A stretch of 60,452 bases of DNA, counting the filler. It is 3 parts of 3 records of this genome, joined end to end, with 100 filler letters (N's around TTAATTAATTAA, not from the genome) between each part and the next. Parts side by side here need not be neighbours in the genome. Positions count along the whole stretch, not along the records: positions 1 to 27,893 come from SRR20825006_1542; positions 27,994 to 40,499 come from SRR20825006_1556; 1 more part is not named here. One strand, 5' to 3'. Each line of letters opens with the position of its first letter. Position 1 is the first letter of the stretch. The position numbers and the translations under genes are program-made. The notes under the pieces were generated by a model that had not been told where the DNA came from, ran no database searches, and saw only the letters and a program-made list of their open reading frames with translations. Shown in pieces: positions 20,334-30,526 of this stretch.

Positions 20334-20338
20334 ATAAG

Positions 20339-20818
20339 TTATTGATTGAGGTATGCCGAGTACATCCAAATCAGTTTTTCCTGCTCGCGGATGTAGTCGC
20401 TCATCAATGCATTGGTGCCTTCATCATTGGACTCGCCTGACAGTTCTAAAAGTTCTCTTTCCAAAGGCAATAGCACTTCATATCCTTTTAATATCAGCTG
20501 AATGGCCTCGGTGCCATTCGATATATTTTTGGCGACCTTTATTTTTGACAGCTCTATATAATCCCCAAAGGTATGTGGGGGAGTAAAGCCCAAAGTCAAG
20601 ATTCGTTCAGCAATTTCATCAATTTTAACCAATGAATCGTTATAGAGTTCTTCGAACTTAAGGTGGAGTTCAAAAAACTTCTCACCTTTAATGTTCCAAT
20701 GAAATCCACGGGCATTCATGTAGAATATCTGATAATTGGCCAGCAACTCATTTAGTTTATCTGCCAAGTCATTGGAAGCTGTTCTATCGAGTCCTATTTG
20801 ATTTAGATTTTGTTTCAT
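20339..20818 (-). CDS. dps: DNA starvation/stationary phase protection protein Dps
   Basis: FHWNIKG-x2-FFELHLKFEE...DEIAERI. Confidence 0.96.
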   Translation of the reverse strand: MKQNLNQIGLDRTASNDLADKLNELLANYQIFYMNARGFHWNIKGEKFFELHLKFEELYNDSLVKIDEIAERILTLGFTPPHTFGDYIELSKIKVAKNISNGTEAIQLILKGYEVLLPLERELLELSGESNDEGTNALMSDYIREQEKLIWMYSAYLNQ

Positions 20819-20871
20819 TTCGCTTCAATTTTAAATCTATTTAAAGGTAAAGTAAACGAACGTTCCTTAAA

Positions 20872-20885
20872 GTGACATTGGTCAC
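20872..20885. promoter_or_regulatory. putative Crp/Fnr-family binding site upstream of dps
   Basis: GTGAC-ATTG-GTCAC palindrome; its core lies 23 nt before the minus-strand TACCTTTA (20849-20842). Confidence 0.6.
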
Positions 20886-20916
20886 ATAAAGCTAATCTGA
20901 CACAAATAAAATAGGT

Positions 20917-22185
20917 CTACCGATGAATGGTCTGGAGCCTGTCCGGACCTACCGATACAATCTTAATTGGAACGTTCAGTTGTTCTTCCAAAAAGGCGAT
21001 GTAATCATTCAAAGTAGCCGGTAAATCCTCCGCTTTGGAAAGTTGGGTTAAATCTTGCGACCATCCCTTCATTTCCTTGTAGATAGGGGTGACATATTCC
21101 TCTTCTATGCTGTATGGAAGGTGCTTAATTTCCTCTCCTTTGTACTTGTAAGCGGTACATACCTTGATGGTGTCAAAACCACTAAGCACATCGGCTTTCA
21201 TCATCATCAATTCTGTTACACCGTTAATTTGAACGGCGTATTTCAAGGCAACCAAATCCAACCAACCACAACGTCGGGGTCTTCCTGTTGTTGCACCAAA
21301 TTCGTTTCCGACTTTGGCCATGGTAGCACCGTCTTCATCAAATAATTCGGTAGGGAAGGGGCCGCTTCCCACTCTGGTGGTATAGGCCTTGAAAATTCCC
21401 AACACATTTTTGATATTGTTAGGAGCAACGCCTAAACCGGTACAGGCACCGGCAGCGGTAGTGTTTGACGATGTTACGAATGGATAGGTTCCAAAATCAA
21501 TGTCCAAAAGAGAGCCTTGTGCTCCCTCTGCCAATATTTTTTTGCCTTCGGTCTGTGCCTTGAAGATATATTCCTCACTATCAATGAAGGTTAATTTTTT
21601 CAATGTTTCCACACCTTCGCAGAACTCGGCTTCTAATTCATCAAGGTTGTATTGGATGTCCACATTGTAAAAATCAATCATGGCTTCGTGTTTGTCGGCA
21701 AGGGCTCGGTATTTTGTTTTCCAGTCGTCGAACTCCAAATCACCTACTCGCATACCGTTACGGCCAGTTTTGTCCATATAGGTGGGGCCGATACCCTTTA
21801 GGGTAGAACCGATTTTTGCTTTTCCTTTGGAAGCCTCAGAAGCCGCATCTAACAATCGGTGTGTTGGTAAAATCAAATGAGCTTTACGTGAAATAAAGAG
21901 CTTGGTTTCGATGTCTATATTGAATTTCTCCAAGTTATCGAGCTCCTTTTTAAATATTACGGGGTCGATTACGACTCCGTTACCTACCACATTGATGGCA
22001 TTTTTGTGAAATATTCCGGAGGGAATGGTGTGCAAAACGTGTTTTATACCATCAAATTCCAAAGTGTGCCCTGCATTTGGACCTCCTTGAAATCTGGCGA
22101 TAATATCGTATTCCTTGGTCAGTACATCAACAATTTTTCCTTTTCCTTCGTCTCCCCATTGGAGTCCAAGCAATAAATCTACCAT
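20917..22185 (-). CDS. purA: adenylosuccinate synthetase
   Basis: QWGDEGKGK, GGPNAGHT and GATTGRPRRCGW. Confidence 0.98.
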   Translation of the reverse strand: MVDLLLGLQWGDEGKGKIVDVLTKEYDIIARFQGGPNAGHTLEFDGIKHVLHTIPSGIFHKNAINVVGNGVVIDPVIFKKELDNLEKFNIDIETKLFISRKAHLILPTHRLLDAASEASKGKAKIGSTLKGIGPTYMDKTGRNGMRVGDLEFDDWKTKYRALADKHEAMIDFYNVDIQYNLDELEAEFCEGVETLKKLTFIDSEEYIFKAQTEGKKILAEGAQGSLLDIDFGTYPFVTSSNTTAAGACTGLGVAPNNIKNVLGIFKAYTTRVGSGPFPTELFDEDGATMAKVGNEFGATTGRPRRCGWLDLVALKYAVQINGVTELMMMKADVLSGFDTIKVCTAYKYKGEEIKHLPYSIEEEYVTPIYKEMKGWSQDLTQLSKAEDLPATLNDYIAFLEEQLNVPIKIVSVGPDRLQTIHR

Positions 22186-22197
22186 GTAATATGTGGG

Positions 22198-22653
22198 TTA
22201 TTCAGTTAGGTTTTTTTCTTTGTTTCGGGTTCCGTAGAAGTATAATGAGTGGTTACTGATTTTTATGTCAAAGACCTCCTCAATGGTTTTTTTGATGGAT
22301 TGAATGCGTGGGTCACAAAATTCTACCACCTCTCCGGTATCGGTCAGTATCACATGGTCGTGCTGACGGTCAAAATAGGATTTCTCGTACTGTGCCTGAT
22401 TTTTTCCGAATTGGTGCTTTCTGACCAATTTACATTCCAATAAAAGTTCGATGGTATTGTAAAGCGTTGCACGACTCACCCTATAATTCTTGGTTTTCAT
22501 TTTAATGTAAAGGGATTCTACGTCAAAATGATCGTCACTTTCATAAATTTCCTGTAAAATGGCGTAGCGTTCAGGTGTTTTGCGGTGTCCTTTTTCCTCA
22601 AGAAAGGCCGTGAACACGTTTTTTACAATTTCCTGATTTTTATTATTTCCCAT
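22198..22653 (-). CDS. fur: Fur family transcriptional regulator
   Basis: [19 protein letters not shown] and HDH; TACCTTTG -7 element at 22677-22684. Confidence 0.88.
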   Translation of the reverse strand: MGNNKNQEIVKNVFTAFLEEKGHRKTPERYAILQEIYESDDHFDVESLYIKMKTKNYRVSRATLYNTIELLLECKLVRKHQFGKNQAQYEKSYFDRQHDHVILTDTGEVVEFCDPRIQSIKKTIEEVFDIKISNHSLYFYGTRNKEKNLTE

Positions 22654-22694
22654 GGCTTTCTACCTATGCTAATGCACAAAGGTACAGTTAAAAT

Positions 22695-24899
22695 TTAAAT
22701 TCTGGTCACTTTATCTATACCTTCGACCTGCTTTAAATTGTTCATCAGCCGTTGTAGGATATTATTGTTTTTTACCACGAGCGTAATTTTTCCCTTGAAG
22801 GTTCCGCCATCTGCACTAAAATTGAGGTTCCTCATATTTACGTGCATATTTTCCGAAATAATTTTGGTGATATCCTTTACCAGACCCATGTTGTCGATGC
22901 CCGTGATTTGGATGTCGACGGAAAATTCTTCTTGAGATGAATCTATCCATTTTGCACTAATGATGCGGTAGGCATAGTTGGACTGAAGTGAAATAGCATT
23001 GGGACAGTTCTTTTTATGAACTTTAATGCCATCGTTTACACTTACGAAGCCAAATACCTCGTCCCCAGGTATGGGGTTGCAGCATTGTGACAATTTATAG
23101 TTGAGCCTTTCTTCCTCTTTACCAAAAACAAGCAGATCGTATTTGGTGGTAATCTCATTTCTGTCAACATCTTTTGGGGTAGGACTTTTACGTATCCTGT
23201 TTTTGAAGAAATTGATAAATGCGTTGTGATAGGACGAAGAGAAATCTTTCAACTTGTCGTTGTCAATGACCCCTATGCCGACCCGGTAGAAAAGGTCCAA
23301 ACTGGTTTTTAGTTTGAAAAAGGTCACCAATTTGTTCACGGTGTCCTCGTTCAGGTTAATTTTCTGTGCCTTGAGTTTGCGGCGTAGAATTTCCTTCCCT
23401 TCTTCGGCGACTTCTTTTTTCTCCTCGCTTAGCGATGATTTGATTTTGGAACGTGCGCGGGCCGTTTCGGCATAGTCCAACCATGTTTGTGTAGGTTTGG
23501 CACTTTCGGAGGTGATGATCTCAACCTGATCGCCACTTCTTAGTTTTGTTCCCAGCGGAACCAATTTTCCATTGACCTTGGCACCACGGGTCTTCATCCC
23601 AATTTCCGTATGGATATTGAAAGCGAAATCCAAAGCCGTCGCCCCTTTCGGCATGGATTTTAAATCTCCTTTGGGAGTGAATACGAATATTTCTTTGGAG
23701 TAAAGGTTGAGCTTAAATTCCTCCACAAAATCAACCGCGTTGCCATTGGCGCTTTCCAATGCTTCCTGTAATTTGTTCAGCCACTCCTCGATACCTTGCT
23801 CTTTTTGCGCTCCGTGCTTGTATTTAAAGTGGGCGGCATATCCTTTTTCGGCAATCTCGTGCATGCGCTCACTTCGAATCTGTACTTCTACCCATTTGCC
23901 CTTGGGGCCCATAACGGTAATGTGAAGTGCTTCGTAACCCGTAGATTTTGGTGAGGTAATCCAGTCGCGTAAACGGATAGGGTTGGGAGTAAAGTGATCG
24001 GTAACTATGGAGTAAATTTTCCAGGCAAGGAACTTTTCGTTTTTCTTGTCCGATTTATAGATGATACGGATTGCGAATTTGTCATATACTTCATCAAAGG
24101 TGACGTTTTGTGTCTTCATCTTTTTACGGATGGAGAAAATGGACTTCATCCTGCCCTTGATAAAATAATTGAGTCCCTCTTTATCCAAAGATGTCCTGAT
24201 CACATTGGAAAAATCCTCGATATAGGCCAAGCTCTCTTCTTCGGTGTCCTCTATTTTGGCATAAATGTCGTTGTAGACCTCTGGTTCCGTATACTTTAGG
24301 GAAAGGTCCTCCAAATGGGTTTTGATGTTGTACAGCCCAATTCTATGGGCCAGTGGCGCATAGATGTAGAGGGTTTCCGACGCAATCTTCACTTGTTTGT
24401 GCTCCGGCATGGAATCCATGGTGAGCATATTGTGGTAACGGTCGGCTATCTTGATGATGATTACCCGAACGTCATCATGCAGGGTCAGCAGCATTTTACG
24501 GAAGTTTTCCGCTTGCTGACTTATATCCTTGTCCTTTTTAAGGTGAGCAATTTTGGTGAGTCCATCCACAATCCGGGCAACCGTCTCACCGAACATCCGC
24601 TCAATATCGGCCAATGTATAGGCGGTATCCTCAACTACATCGTGCAGCAGGGCAGAGGAAATGGAAACGGCATCCAGGCCTATTTCCGAAGCTACGATCT
24701 TAGCCACGGCAATGGGGTGGAAGATGTAGGCTTCCCCGGATTTTCTTCGCTGGTCCTTGTGGGCGTCAACGGCCACATCAAAGGCGGAACGAATCAACTT
24801 CTTGTCCTCGTCCGTCAATGTTTGGTAGCTTATGCGAAGTAATTCCTTGTACTGCTTCGCAATCTCCTTGTTCTCTTTTTCAATAGCAGCCTCTGTCAT
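22695..24899 (-). CDS. relA: bifunctional (p)ppGpp synthetase/hydrolase
   Basis: HD domain (LLHDVVED), synthetase (GYEALH, EVQIR), TGS, ZFD and ACT domains. Confidence 0.95.
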   Translation of the reverse strand: MTEAAIEKENKEIAKQYKELLRISYQTLTDEDKKLIRSAFDVAVDAHKDQRRKSGEAYIFHPIAVAKIVASEIGLDAVSISSALLHDVVEDTAYTLADIERMFGETVARIVDGLTKIAHLKKDKDISQQAENFRKMLLTLHDDVRVIIIKIADRYHNMLTMDSMPEHKQVKIASETLYIYAPLAHRIGLYNIKTHLEDLSLKYTEPEVYNDIYAKIEDTEEESLAYIEDFSNVIRTSLDKEGLNYFIKGRMKSIFSIRKKMKTQNVTFDEVYDKFAIRIIYKSDKKNEKFLAWKIYSIVTDHFTPNPIRLRDWITSPKSTGYEALHITVMGPKGKWVEVQIRSERMHEIAEKGYAAHFKYKHGAQKEQGIEEWLNKLQEALESANGNAVDFVEEFKLNLYSKEIFVFTPKGDLKSMPKGATALDFAFNIHTEIGMKTRGAKVNGKLVPLGTKLRSGDQVEIITSESAKPTQTWLDYAETARARSKIKSSLSEEKKEVAEEGKEILRRKLKAQKINLNEDTVNKLVTFFKLKTSLDLFYRVGIGVIDNDKLKDFSSSYHNAFINFFKNRIRKSPTPKDVDRNEITTKYDLLVFGKEEERLNYKLSQCCNPIPGDEVFGFVSVNDGIKVHKKNCPNAISLQSNYAYRIISAKWIDSSQEEFSVDIQITGIDNMGLVKDITKIISENMHVNMRNLNFSADGGTFKGKITLVVKNNNILQRLMNNLKQVEGIDKVTRI

Positions 24900-24943
24900 A
24901 GTATATTAAATTTACTATAATCTTATTATCTAAACAACAAAAA

Positions 24944-26176
24944 CTATGCCTTTAGGTTTCGGATACGTTCCACTAAAGGGGGGTGCGAATAGTGCACAAA
25001 TACGTAAGCTGGGTGAGGTGTTAAATTGCTCAAACTCTTTTTGGACAACTTTTTTAAGGAAGAGACCAAAGGGGTTGCCGCAAAAGTATTTTTCGCAAAG
25101 TCATCCGCCTGAAATTCGAATTTTCGAGATAAATAGTTCATAATCAATCCAGTGACTTCGGATATTGGACTGTATAACAATGCAAACCCGACCAATGCCG
25201 CATGGAAACTTGGTGTGGAGACCCCAATGGCCAAGGATATTTCTGGATGGTTGATGAACAATGAAAGAACGAACAACGTCAAACCTGTGGTCAATAGCGA
25301 AACTACAAGATTTACAATAATATGGTTGCGTTTATAGTGACCTACTTCGTGAGCTAATACAGCCACAATTTCATCTTCGCTAAGGTCGTTGATCAAGGTG
25401 TCGAACAAAGTGATTCTTTTCTCTTTTCCAAATCCTGAAAAATAGGCATTTGCTTTTGTGGATCGCTTGGAACCATCGATCACAAATATATTTTGAAGCT
25501 CGAACCCGACTTTTTGCGCATAATTTTCAATGGAACTTTTTAGACTACCATCTTCAAGCGGTGTCTGTTTGTTGAAGATGGGAACAATCAATCGGCTATA
25601 AAATAGGTTGATAAACAAAATGAAGATTCCAACGGCAATCCATGCGTAGATCCAAAAATATTGCCCTGTGGATTGATAGAACAACATGAACAATGTCAAA
25701 ATCCCTCCTCCAAGAACAACGGTTAGAATGCTGCCCTTAATTTTATCGGTGAAAAAAGTGGATTTTGTTGTTTTGTTGAACCCATATTCTTCCTCGATCA
25801 CAAATGTTCGGTAATAAGAGAATGGAAGTCCCAAAATGGCACTTCCCAGCATAACGATTCCAAAGAAAATCAATGCCATCGGAATGGGTTTTTCAGTGAT
25901 GGAACGCGTGAGTTGGTCCACCCATTCAAAACCTCCTAAAGCAAGAAAGCAGATGGTCAGAATCAATGAAAAGCCATCCGAAATGACTCCAAATTTATAA
26001 TTGATTTTCTTGTATTGTTGCGATTTTTGATATTCCTGTTCATCAAACACATCGGCAAGTTCTGGTGGCAAAGCCGATTTGAAACGCTTGGCATTCAAGT
26101 GTTCCAAATACTGGTGAGCCAGGTATTGGACCACAAGTATGGCCAGAATGATATAAAAGAGTACATTTTTTTCCAT
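24944..26176 (-). CDS. M48 family (Ste24-like) membrane zinc metallopeptidase
   Basis: NAYFSG, LAHEVGH, EFQAD and YSHPPL motifs. Confidence 0.93.
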   Translation of the reverse strand: MEKNVLFYIILAILVVQYLAHQYLEHLNAKRFKSALPPELADVFDEQEYQKSQQYKKINYKFGVISDGFSLILTICFLALGGFEWVDQLTRSITEKPIPMALIFFGIVMLGSAILGLPFSYYRTFVIEEEYGFNKTTKSTFFTDKIKGSILTVVLGGGILTLFMLFYQSTGQYFWIYAWIAVGIFILFINLFYSRLIVPIFNKQTPLEDGSLKSSIENYAQKVGFELQNIFVIDGSKRSTKANAYFSGFGKEKRITLFDTLINDLSEDEIVAVLAHEVGHYKRNHIIVNLVVSLLTTGLTLFVLSLFINHPEISLAIGVSTPSFHAALVGFALLYSPISEVTGLIMNYLSRKFEFQADDFAKNTFAATPLVSSLKKLSKKSLSNLTPHPAYVFVHYSHPPLVERIRNLKA

Positions 26177-26179
26177 AGC

Positions 26180-26980
26180 TTAAAATCCGCGCTGGCGCTT
26201 CGCCTCAAATATAAGTATTGCAGCGGATACCGAAACATTCATGGAGTCTATTTCTCCTTGCATCGGTATAATTATGTTTTGGTCGGAATTTTGAAGCCAT
26301 TTTTCTGTCAATCCAGTAGCTTCCGTACCCATTACAAGGGCAGAAGCGGCTTTAAAATCGCACTCCACATAATTTTTGGAAGCGGTGAGGGCGGCACAGT
26401 AGATTTTGATTTGGTTGGTTTGTAAAAAATCAATGATTTCGTCCGTTGTTCCTACGCCAATCTGATTGGTAAACAGGCAGCCCACGCTGGAACGGATAAT
26501 ATTCGGACTATATAGGTCTGATTTGGGGTTTGCTATTAAAACGGCATCCACGGCTGCGGCATCCGCAGTGCGCAAAAGCGCGCCGATGTTTCCTGGTTTT
26601 TCTGTGGCTTCGGCCACCAGTACCAAAGGTGTTTCATCTTTGAAAACGATGTTTGCCAGCGTATGGTCTTTGGAACGCATCAAGCCCATGATGCCTTCGG
26701 TGGTCCCCCGATGGGCAATTTTACCGTAAACACTTTCGGAAACTTGGATAATTTCTTGGTCGGAAGTCTTGGTAAAAGCTTCAACGGAGCTGGAACCCAT
26801 CAGTTCTGGACAATAGAGAAGCGTTTGCAAAACATAGCCTCCCTTTTGCGCCAATTCAATCTCCCGTTGGCCTTCTACCACAAAAACTCCTGCTTTTCTT
26901 CGTTCACGGGACTTTTCTTTGAGTTGCAGAATCTTTTTTACCAAGGGATTCTGGGCACTGCTGATGAATTTAGCTTCCAT
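26180..26980 (-). CDS. TrmH/SpoU family RNA methyltransferase
   Basis: KPGNIGALLRTA, GTEATGL and IPMQGEIDSMNVS. Confidence 0.93.
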   Translation of the reverse strand: MEAKFISSAQNPLVKKILQLKEKSRERRKAGVFVVEGQREIELAQKGGYVLQTLLYCPELMGSSSVEAFTKTSDQEIIQVSESVYGKIAHRGTTEGIMGLMRSKDHTLANIVFKDETPLVLVAEATEKPGNIGALLRTADAAAVDAVLIANPKSDLYSPNIIRSSVGCLFTNQIGVGTTDEIIDFLQTNQIKIYCAALTASKNYVECDFKAASALVMGTEATGLTEKWLQNSDQNIIIPMQGEIDSMNVSVSAAILIFEAKRQRGF

Positions 26981-27002
26981 AGGGGGTAAAAATAGCCATT
27001 CC

Positions 27003-27031
27003 TGTAATTATAAAAAGGGCTTTTCGACCAA
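27003..27031 (+). promoter_or_regulatory. possible ECF-sigma promoter
   Basis: TGTAAT-N16-CGACCAA ending 17 nt before ATG 27049. Confidence 0.4.
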
Positions 27032-27048
27032 CTGGTAAAATTTAATCC

Positions 27049-27852
27049 ATGAACAAATTAACCATCCTATTACTTTTTATTGGCCTAACCGCCTGTAAAC
27101 AAAATCTCAAAACAGAAAAAAATGAAACGCCAGTTCAGCAGGAACTGCTTGTTGATGAAGCTGTTTACCCTGATGCCTTGACGAAAGTTTTTGATGCACA
27201 TGGAGGTTTGAAACAATGGAAGTCGCAACGAACAATATCCTTTGTGCTGCCAAAACCAAACCAGTCCGAAACCCATACCATTGATTTATGGTCCCGAAAG
27301 GATAGAATTGACACGGAACAATTTTCGATGGGTTTTGACGGAGAACAAGCTTGGCTCTTGAATGAAAGTGGGAACTATGAAGGCGATGCAGGCTTTTATC
27401 ATAATTTGATGTTTTACTTTTATGCCATGCCCTTTGTGTTGGCAGACGAAGGTATCCTATATTCTGCTACCGAAGATTTAGAATATGATGGCAAAAAGTA
27501 TCCTGGTCTTCAAATAGCCTATGAGTCGGGTGTTGGCGCTTCATCCAAAGATGAATATTTTATTTATTATGATCCAGAGAGCCACCAGATGGCTTGGTTG
27601 GGTTATACCGTGACCTATCGTTCTGGGGAAAGTTCGGATAATGTAAAATGGATTCACTACGATAACTGGCAAGAAGTGAATGGACTGGTGCTGCCAAAAT
27701 CGATTACATGGCATAAGTATGAAGGCAGAACGATTATGGAACCGGCAAGCACGGTCAATTTTGAAGAAGTTATGCTGAGTGAGGATGCCAAACCGAGTGC
27801 GTTTTACGAAAAACCAGAAAATGGAGAGTACGTTCCCATTAAGATGAATTAA
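27049..27852 (+). CDS. lipoprotein (DUF6503-like)
   Basis: Lipobox LTAC; AHGGL-x2-W and FYFYAMPFVL motifs. Confidence 0.75.
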   Translation: MNKLTILLLFIGLTACKQNLKTEKNETPVQQELLVDEAVYPDALTKVFDAHGGLKQWKSQRTISFVLPKPNQSETHTIDLWSRKDRIDTEQFSMGFDGEQAWLLNESGNYEGDAGFYHNLMFYFYAMPFVLADEGILYSATEDLEYDGKKYPGLQIAYESGVGASSKDEYFIYYDPESHQMAWLGYTVTYRSGESSDNVKWIHYDNWQEVNGLVLPKSITWHKYEGRTIMEPASTVNFEEVMLSEDAKPSAFYEKPENGEYVPIKMN

Positions 27853-27863
27853 TTCACAAAAAC

Positions 27864-27893
27864 AAAAAAGGCGCTCAATTGAGCGCCTTTTTT
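27864..27893. terminator. intrinsic terminator (perfect 30-bp palindrome)
   Basis: AAAAAAGGCGCTCAATTGAGCGCCTTTTTT right after the stop codon, at the contig end. Confidence 0.85.
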
Positions 27894-27993
27894 NNNNNNN
27901 NNNNNNNNNNNNNNNNNNNNNNNNNNNNNNNNNNNNNTTAATTAATTAANNNNNNNNNNNNNNNNNNNNNNNNNNNNNNNNNNNNNNNNNNNN
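27894..27993. other. artificial contig linker
   Basis: 44 N + TTAATTAATTAA (stops in all six frames) + 44 N. Confidence 0.99.
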
Positions 27994-27994
27994 C

Positions 27995-28423
27995 AACACA
28001 TCCCCGATGCTTGAAAAAATCGCGGATGGTCAGGTTGTGCTTGGCTACAATCTTCTAGGGTCTTATGCCGAAACCTTTAGCCAACGGAACCAAAACCTTG
28101 GCGTGATCCTGCCAGACGACTTTATCGTGGTTTATTCGCGAATTGCCATCATCCCGCGTGATGCGAGAAACCCGAATTTAGGCGCGCGTTTTCTTGACTT
28201 CATCCTGTCCGTCAAAGGCCAAACCGTTCTGCAAAATGATGGCAACTTCAACCCGGTGCGAACTGACGTTCCACCAAGTTCGTTTTCGTCGCTGATCTTT
28301 GACCGTTACGGCGAACGTGTACGTTCATTCCCGGTTGGGCCCGGCTTGCTGGTTTACCTTGATCAGGCCAAACGCCAGCGTTTCATTCGCCGGTGGCAGG
28401 ATGCCTTGCTCAACCGTCGCTAA
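27995..28423 (+). CDS. ABC-type solute-binding protein, C-terminal fragment
   Basis: LGYNLLGSYA and ARNPNLGARFLDFILSVKGQ; frame open back to the contig edge. Confidence 0.8.
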   Translation, partial: NTSPMLEKIADGQVVLGYNLLGSYAETFSQRNQNLGVILPDDFIVVYSRIAIIPRDARNPNLGARFLDFILSVKGQTVLQNDGNFNPVRTDVPPSSFSSLIFDRYGERVRSFPVGPGLLVYLDQAKRQRFIRRWQDALLNRR

Positions 28424-28449
28424 GCCACCCTGCCCTGATTTACCCAGCT

Positions 28450-29298
28450 TTATGAAGTCTTTGCGCTATCAGGAACAGGGCGGCGTTCTGGCCCGGTATA
28501 GTTCCAGATCATTCGCCGTGGAATCGGCCCCTTGTTTCGACCACCTTGCTGTGTTTGTTCCCACGCATGGGCCAATATTCCAACCGATCGCGACAAACAA
28601 AACAATCCACGCGCCAATTCCGGGGCAAAACCAAGCTCGGCATAGATCACTGCCGTTGCGCCATCAATATTCATCGGAATGCGTTTACCCTTGCGCGCGA
28701 GAATCTCTTCTTCAACCGCGCTGGCAATCACCCCGAATTGACCACTGACCTGACCATTTGCGGCCGCCTGTTTGACAAGCGCCAACAGTCTTGGAGCACG
28801 CGGGTCAATGGGGTGAAACCTGTGACCAAATCCCGGGATATGTTTGCCATGTTCAGCAATCTGGTGATCCAGTCCGGATGCAACGGCTTCGCCCAGTGAT
28901 GCGCCAGATTTCATACGAGACGCGATGTCATGATAAAGCCCAACGGCCTGTTCGCCTGCACCACCATGAACATCGCCCAACACATTCACCGCACTTGCCA
29001 TGGCATTGTTCAATCCAACGCCACAGGTCGCGGCCATACGGGCGATTGCAATGCTTGGGGCCTGTGGTCCGTGATCAACCGCTGCCACAAGGGCTGCTTC
29101 AAGAAGCTTCGCCTGTTCAGGTGATGGCAGATCGCCGCGTGTCATCAACCAAATCATGATTGGAAAGCTGATATTTCCGATCAGGTCTTCAATCGCATAG
29201 CCACCATAGTGAATTTTGCCCGGCTCCATATCAATGATGGCGGTTTGCCACCAGTCACTGACTTCGTTTTCAATATCGGTTGCGGTTTTATCGCTCAC
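28450..29298 (-). CDS. citryl-CoA lyase-like protein (citrate synthase fold)
   Basis: VDHG, DVHGGA, PGFGHRFH-x2-DPR and NIDG catalytic motifs in a short 282-aa protein. Confidence 0.88.
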   Translation of the reverse strand: MSDKTATDIENEVSDWWQTAIIDMEPGKIHYGGYAIEDLIGNISFPIMIWLMTRGDLPSPEQAKLLEAALVAAVDHGPQAPSIAIARMAATCGVGLNNAMASAVNVLGDVHGGAGEQAVGLYHDIASRMKSGASLGEAVASGLDHQIAEHGKHIPGFGHRFHPIDPRAPRLLALVKQAAANGQVSGQFGVIASAVEEEILARKGKRIPMNIDGATAVIYAELGFAPELARGLFCLSRSVGILAHAWEQTQQGGRNKGPIPRRMIWNYTGPERRPVPDSAKTS

Positions 29299-30512
29299 AA
29301 CACGCCCTCCTGCGAAAGAATTTCGATCTCGCTCTTTGAAAAACCAAGAGATGTAAGAATGTCGTCATTGTCTTGGCCAAGTTCTGGCGGTGGTGCGTCC
29401 ACCGATGGCGCCTTGCCATCCATCTTGATCCCGGTACGCAACACGCGAATATCGCAATCTGCACCCGGCACATTTTCAAATGATGCCATCATCCCGCGAT
29501 CGGCAATCTGCGGCAGTGCCAAGGCCTGTGGCACTGTCAAAACAGCCCCGGCAGGAACTCCGACGGCATTAAACTTTTCCACCCAATGATCCGTCATGTT
29601 GGTGCGCAAAACATCTTCAAGAAGGCCTGTCAGAACCGTACGGTTTTCCAGTCGTTCCTTGCGAGAAGTAAAGCGGACATCAGAAATCAGATGGTCAAGA
29701 TCCAGCACCAGGCACAGGGCCTCGAACTGTTCTTGTTTGTTGGCCGCAATATTGATCTGTCCGTCACCAGTTCTAAACGCCCCTGATGGGGACGAGGTAA
29801 AGTTGTCATTGCCATTGGCCGTCGGTTCTTTGCCCGCCACAAGGTAATTCGAAACAACCCAGCCCATTGTCGCAATTACGGATTCCAGCATGGAAATATC
29901 GATGAAGCTGCCTTTGCCGTCATTGTTGCTAAGTGCCCGCCCGGCCAAGGCGGAGCTAATGGCAAATGCGGCTGTCATCCCGCCGATCGTATCCGCCATG
30001 GGATAACCCACACGATATGTTCCGGTATCTTCTTCACCGGTGATGGTCATGATCCCCGACAGGCCCTGAACAATCTGATCATAGGCAGGCAGCTTTTTCA
30101 TCGGGCCGGTTTGACCGAAACCGGAAATCGCACAGTAAACAAGCCCCGGATTAACCTTGGAAAGAACGTCATATCCCAACTCAAGCCGGTCCATAACGCC
30201 CGGGCGAAAATTCTCGACCAGAACATCTGCGCGCTCGACAAGCTTTTTAAGGATTTCCTTGCCGCGCGGATCTTTCAGATTAAGCGTCACCGACCGCTTA
30301 CCTGCATTCTGCGCCATGAATGAAATGCCCATCAGCTTTTCATTCAATTCCATATCCGCGCCAAGCTGACGGGCAAGGTCACCACGCCCCGGTGCTTCGA
30401 CCTTGATGACCTCTGCCCCCAAATGCGCAAGCTGATGGCAACAAAATGGCCCGGCCAGAACATTTGTCAGGTCCAAAACTGTCATCCCGGAAAGTGATTG
30501 TGGTCCGTTCAT
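29295..30512 (-). CDS. family III CoA-transferase (CaiB/BaiF)
   Basis: VLAGPF, GAEVIKVE, ENFRPG, ISGFGQTGP and catalytic AD; overlaps the lyase gene by 4 nt. Confidence 0.95.
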   Translation of the reverse strand: MNGPQSLSGMTVLDLTNVLAGPFCCHQLAHLGAEVIKVEAPGRGDLARQLGADMELNEKLMGISFMAQNAGKRSVTLNLKDPRGKEILKKLVERADVLVENFRPGVMDRLELGYDVLSKVNPGLVYCAISGFGQTGPMKKLPAYDQIVQGLSGIMTITGEEDTGTYRVGYPMADTIGGMTAAFAISSALAGRALSNNDGKGSFIDISMLESVIATMGWVVSNYLVAGKEPTANGNDNFTSSPSGAFRTGDGQINIAANKQEQFEALCLVLDLDHLISDVRFTSRKERLENRTVLTGLLEDVLRTNMTDHWVEKFNAVGVPAGAVLTVPQALALPQIADRGMMASFENVPGADCDIRVLRTGIKMDGKAPSVDAPPPELGQDNDDILTSLGFSKSEIEILSQEGVL

Positions 30513-30526
30513 GAAAAATCCTTAAA

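Noticed and set aside
22198-22653. Fur protein lacking CxxC motifs as an unusual variant
   Set aside because: Cys-poor Fur proteins are known, and the relA-fur-purA context looks like ordinary core genome
27864-27893. Perfect 30-bp palindrome at the contig end as a hairpin telomere or mobile-element end
   Set aside because: Position right after a stop codon and A/T tails fit an ordinary terminator; at most it contributed to the assembly break
27938-27949. TTAATTAATTAA repeated at 27938 and 40544 as a possible att site or target duplication
   Set aside because: Centred in identical N-runs; a synthetic six-frame stop linker
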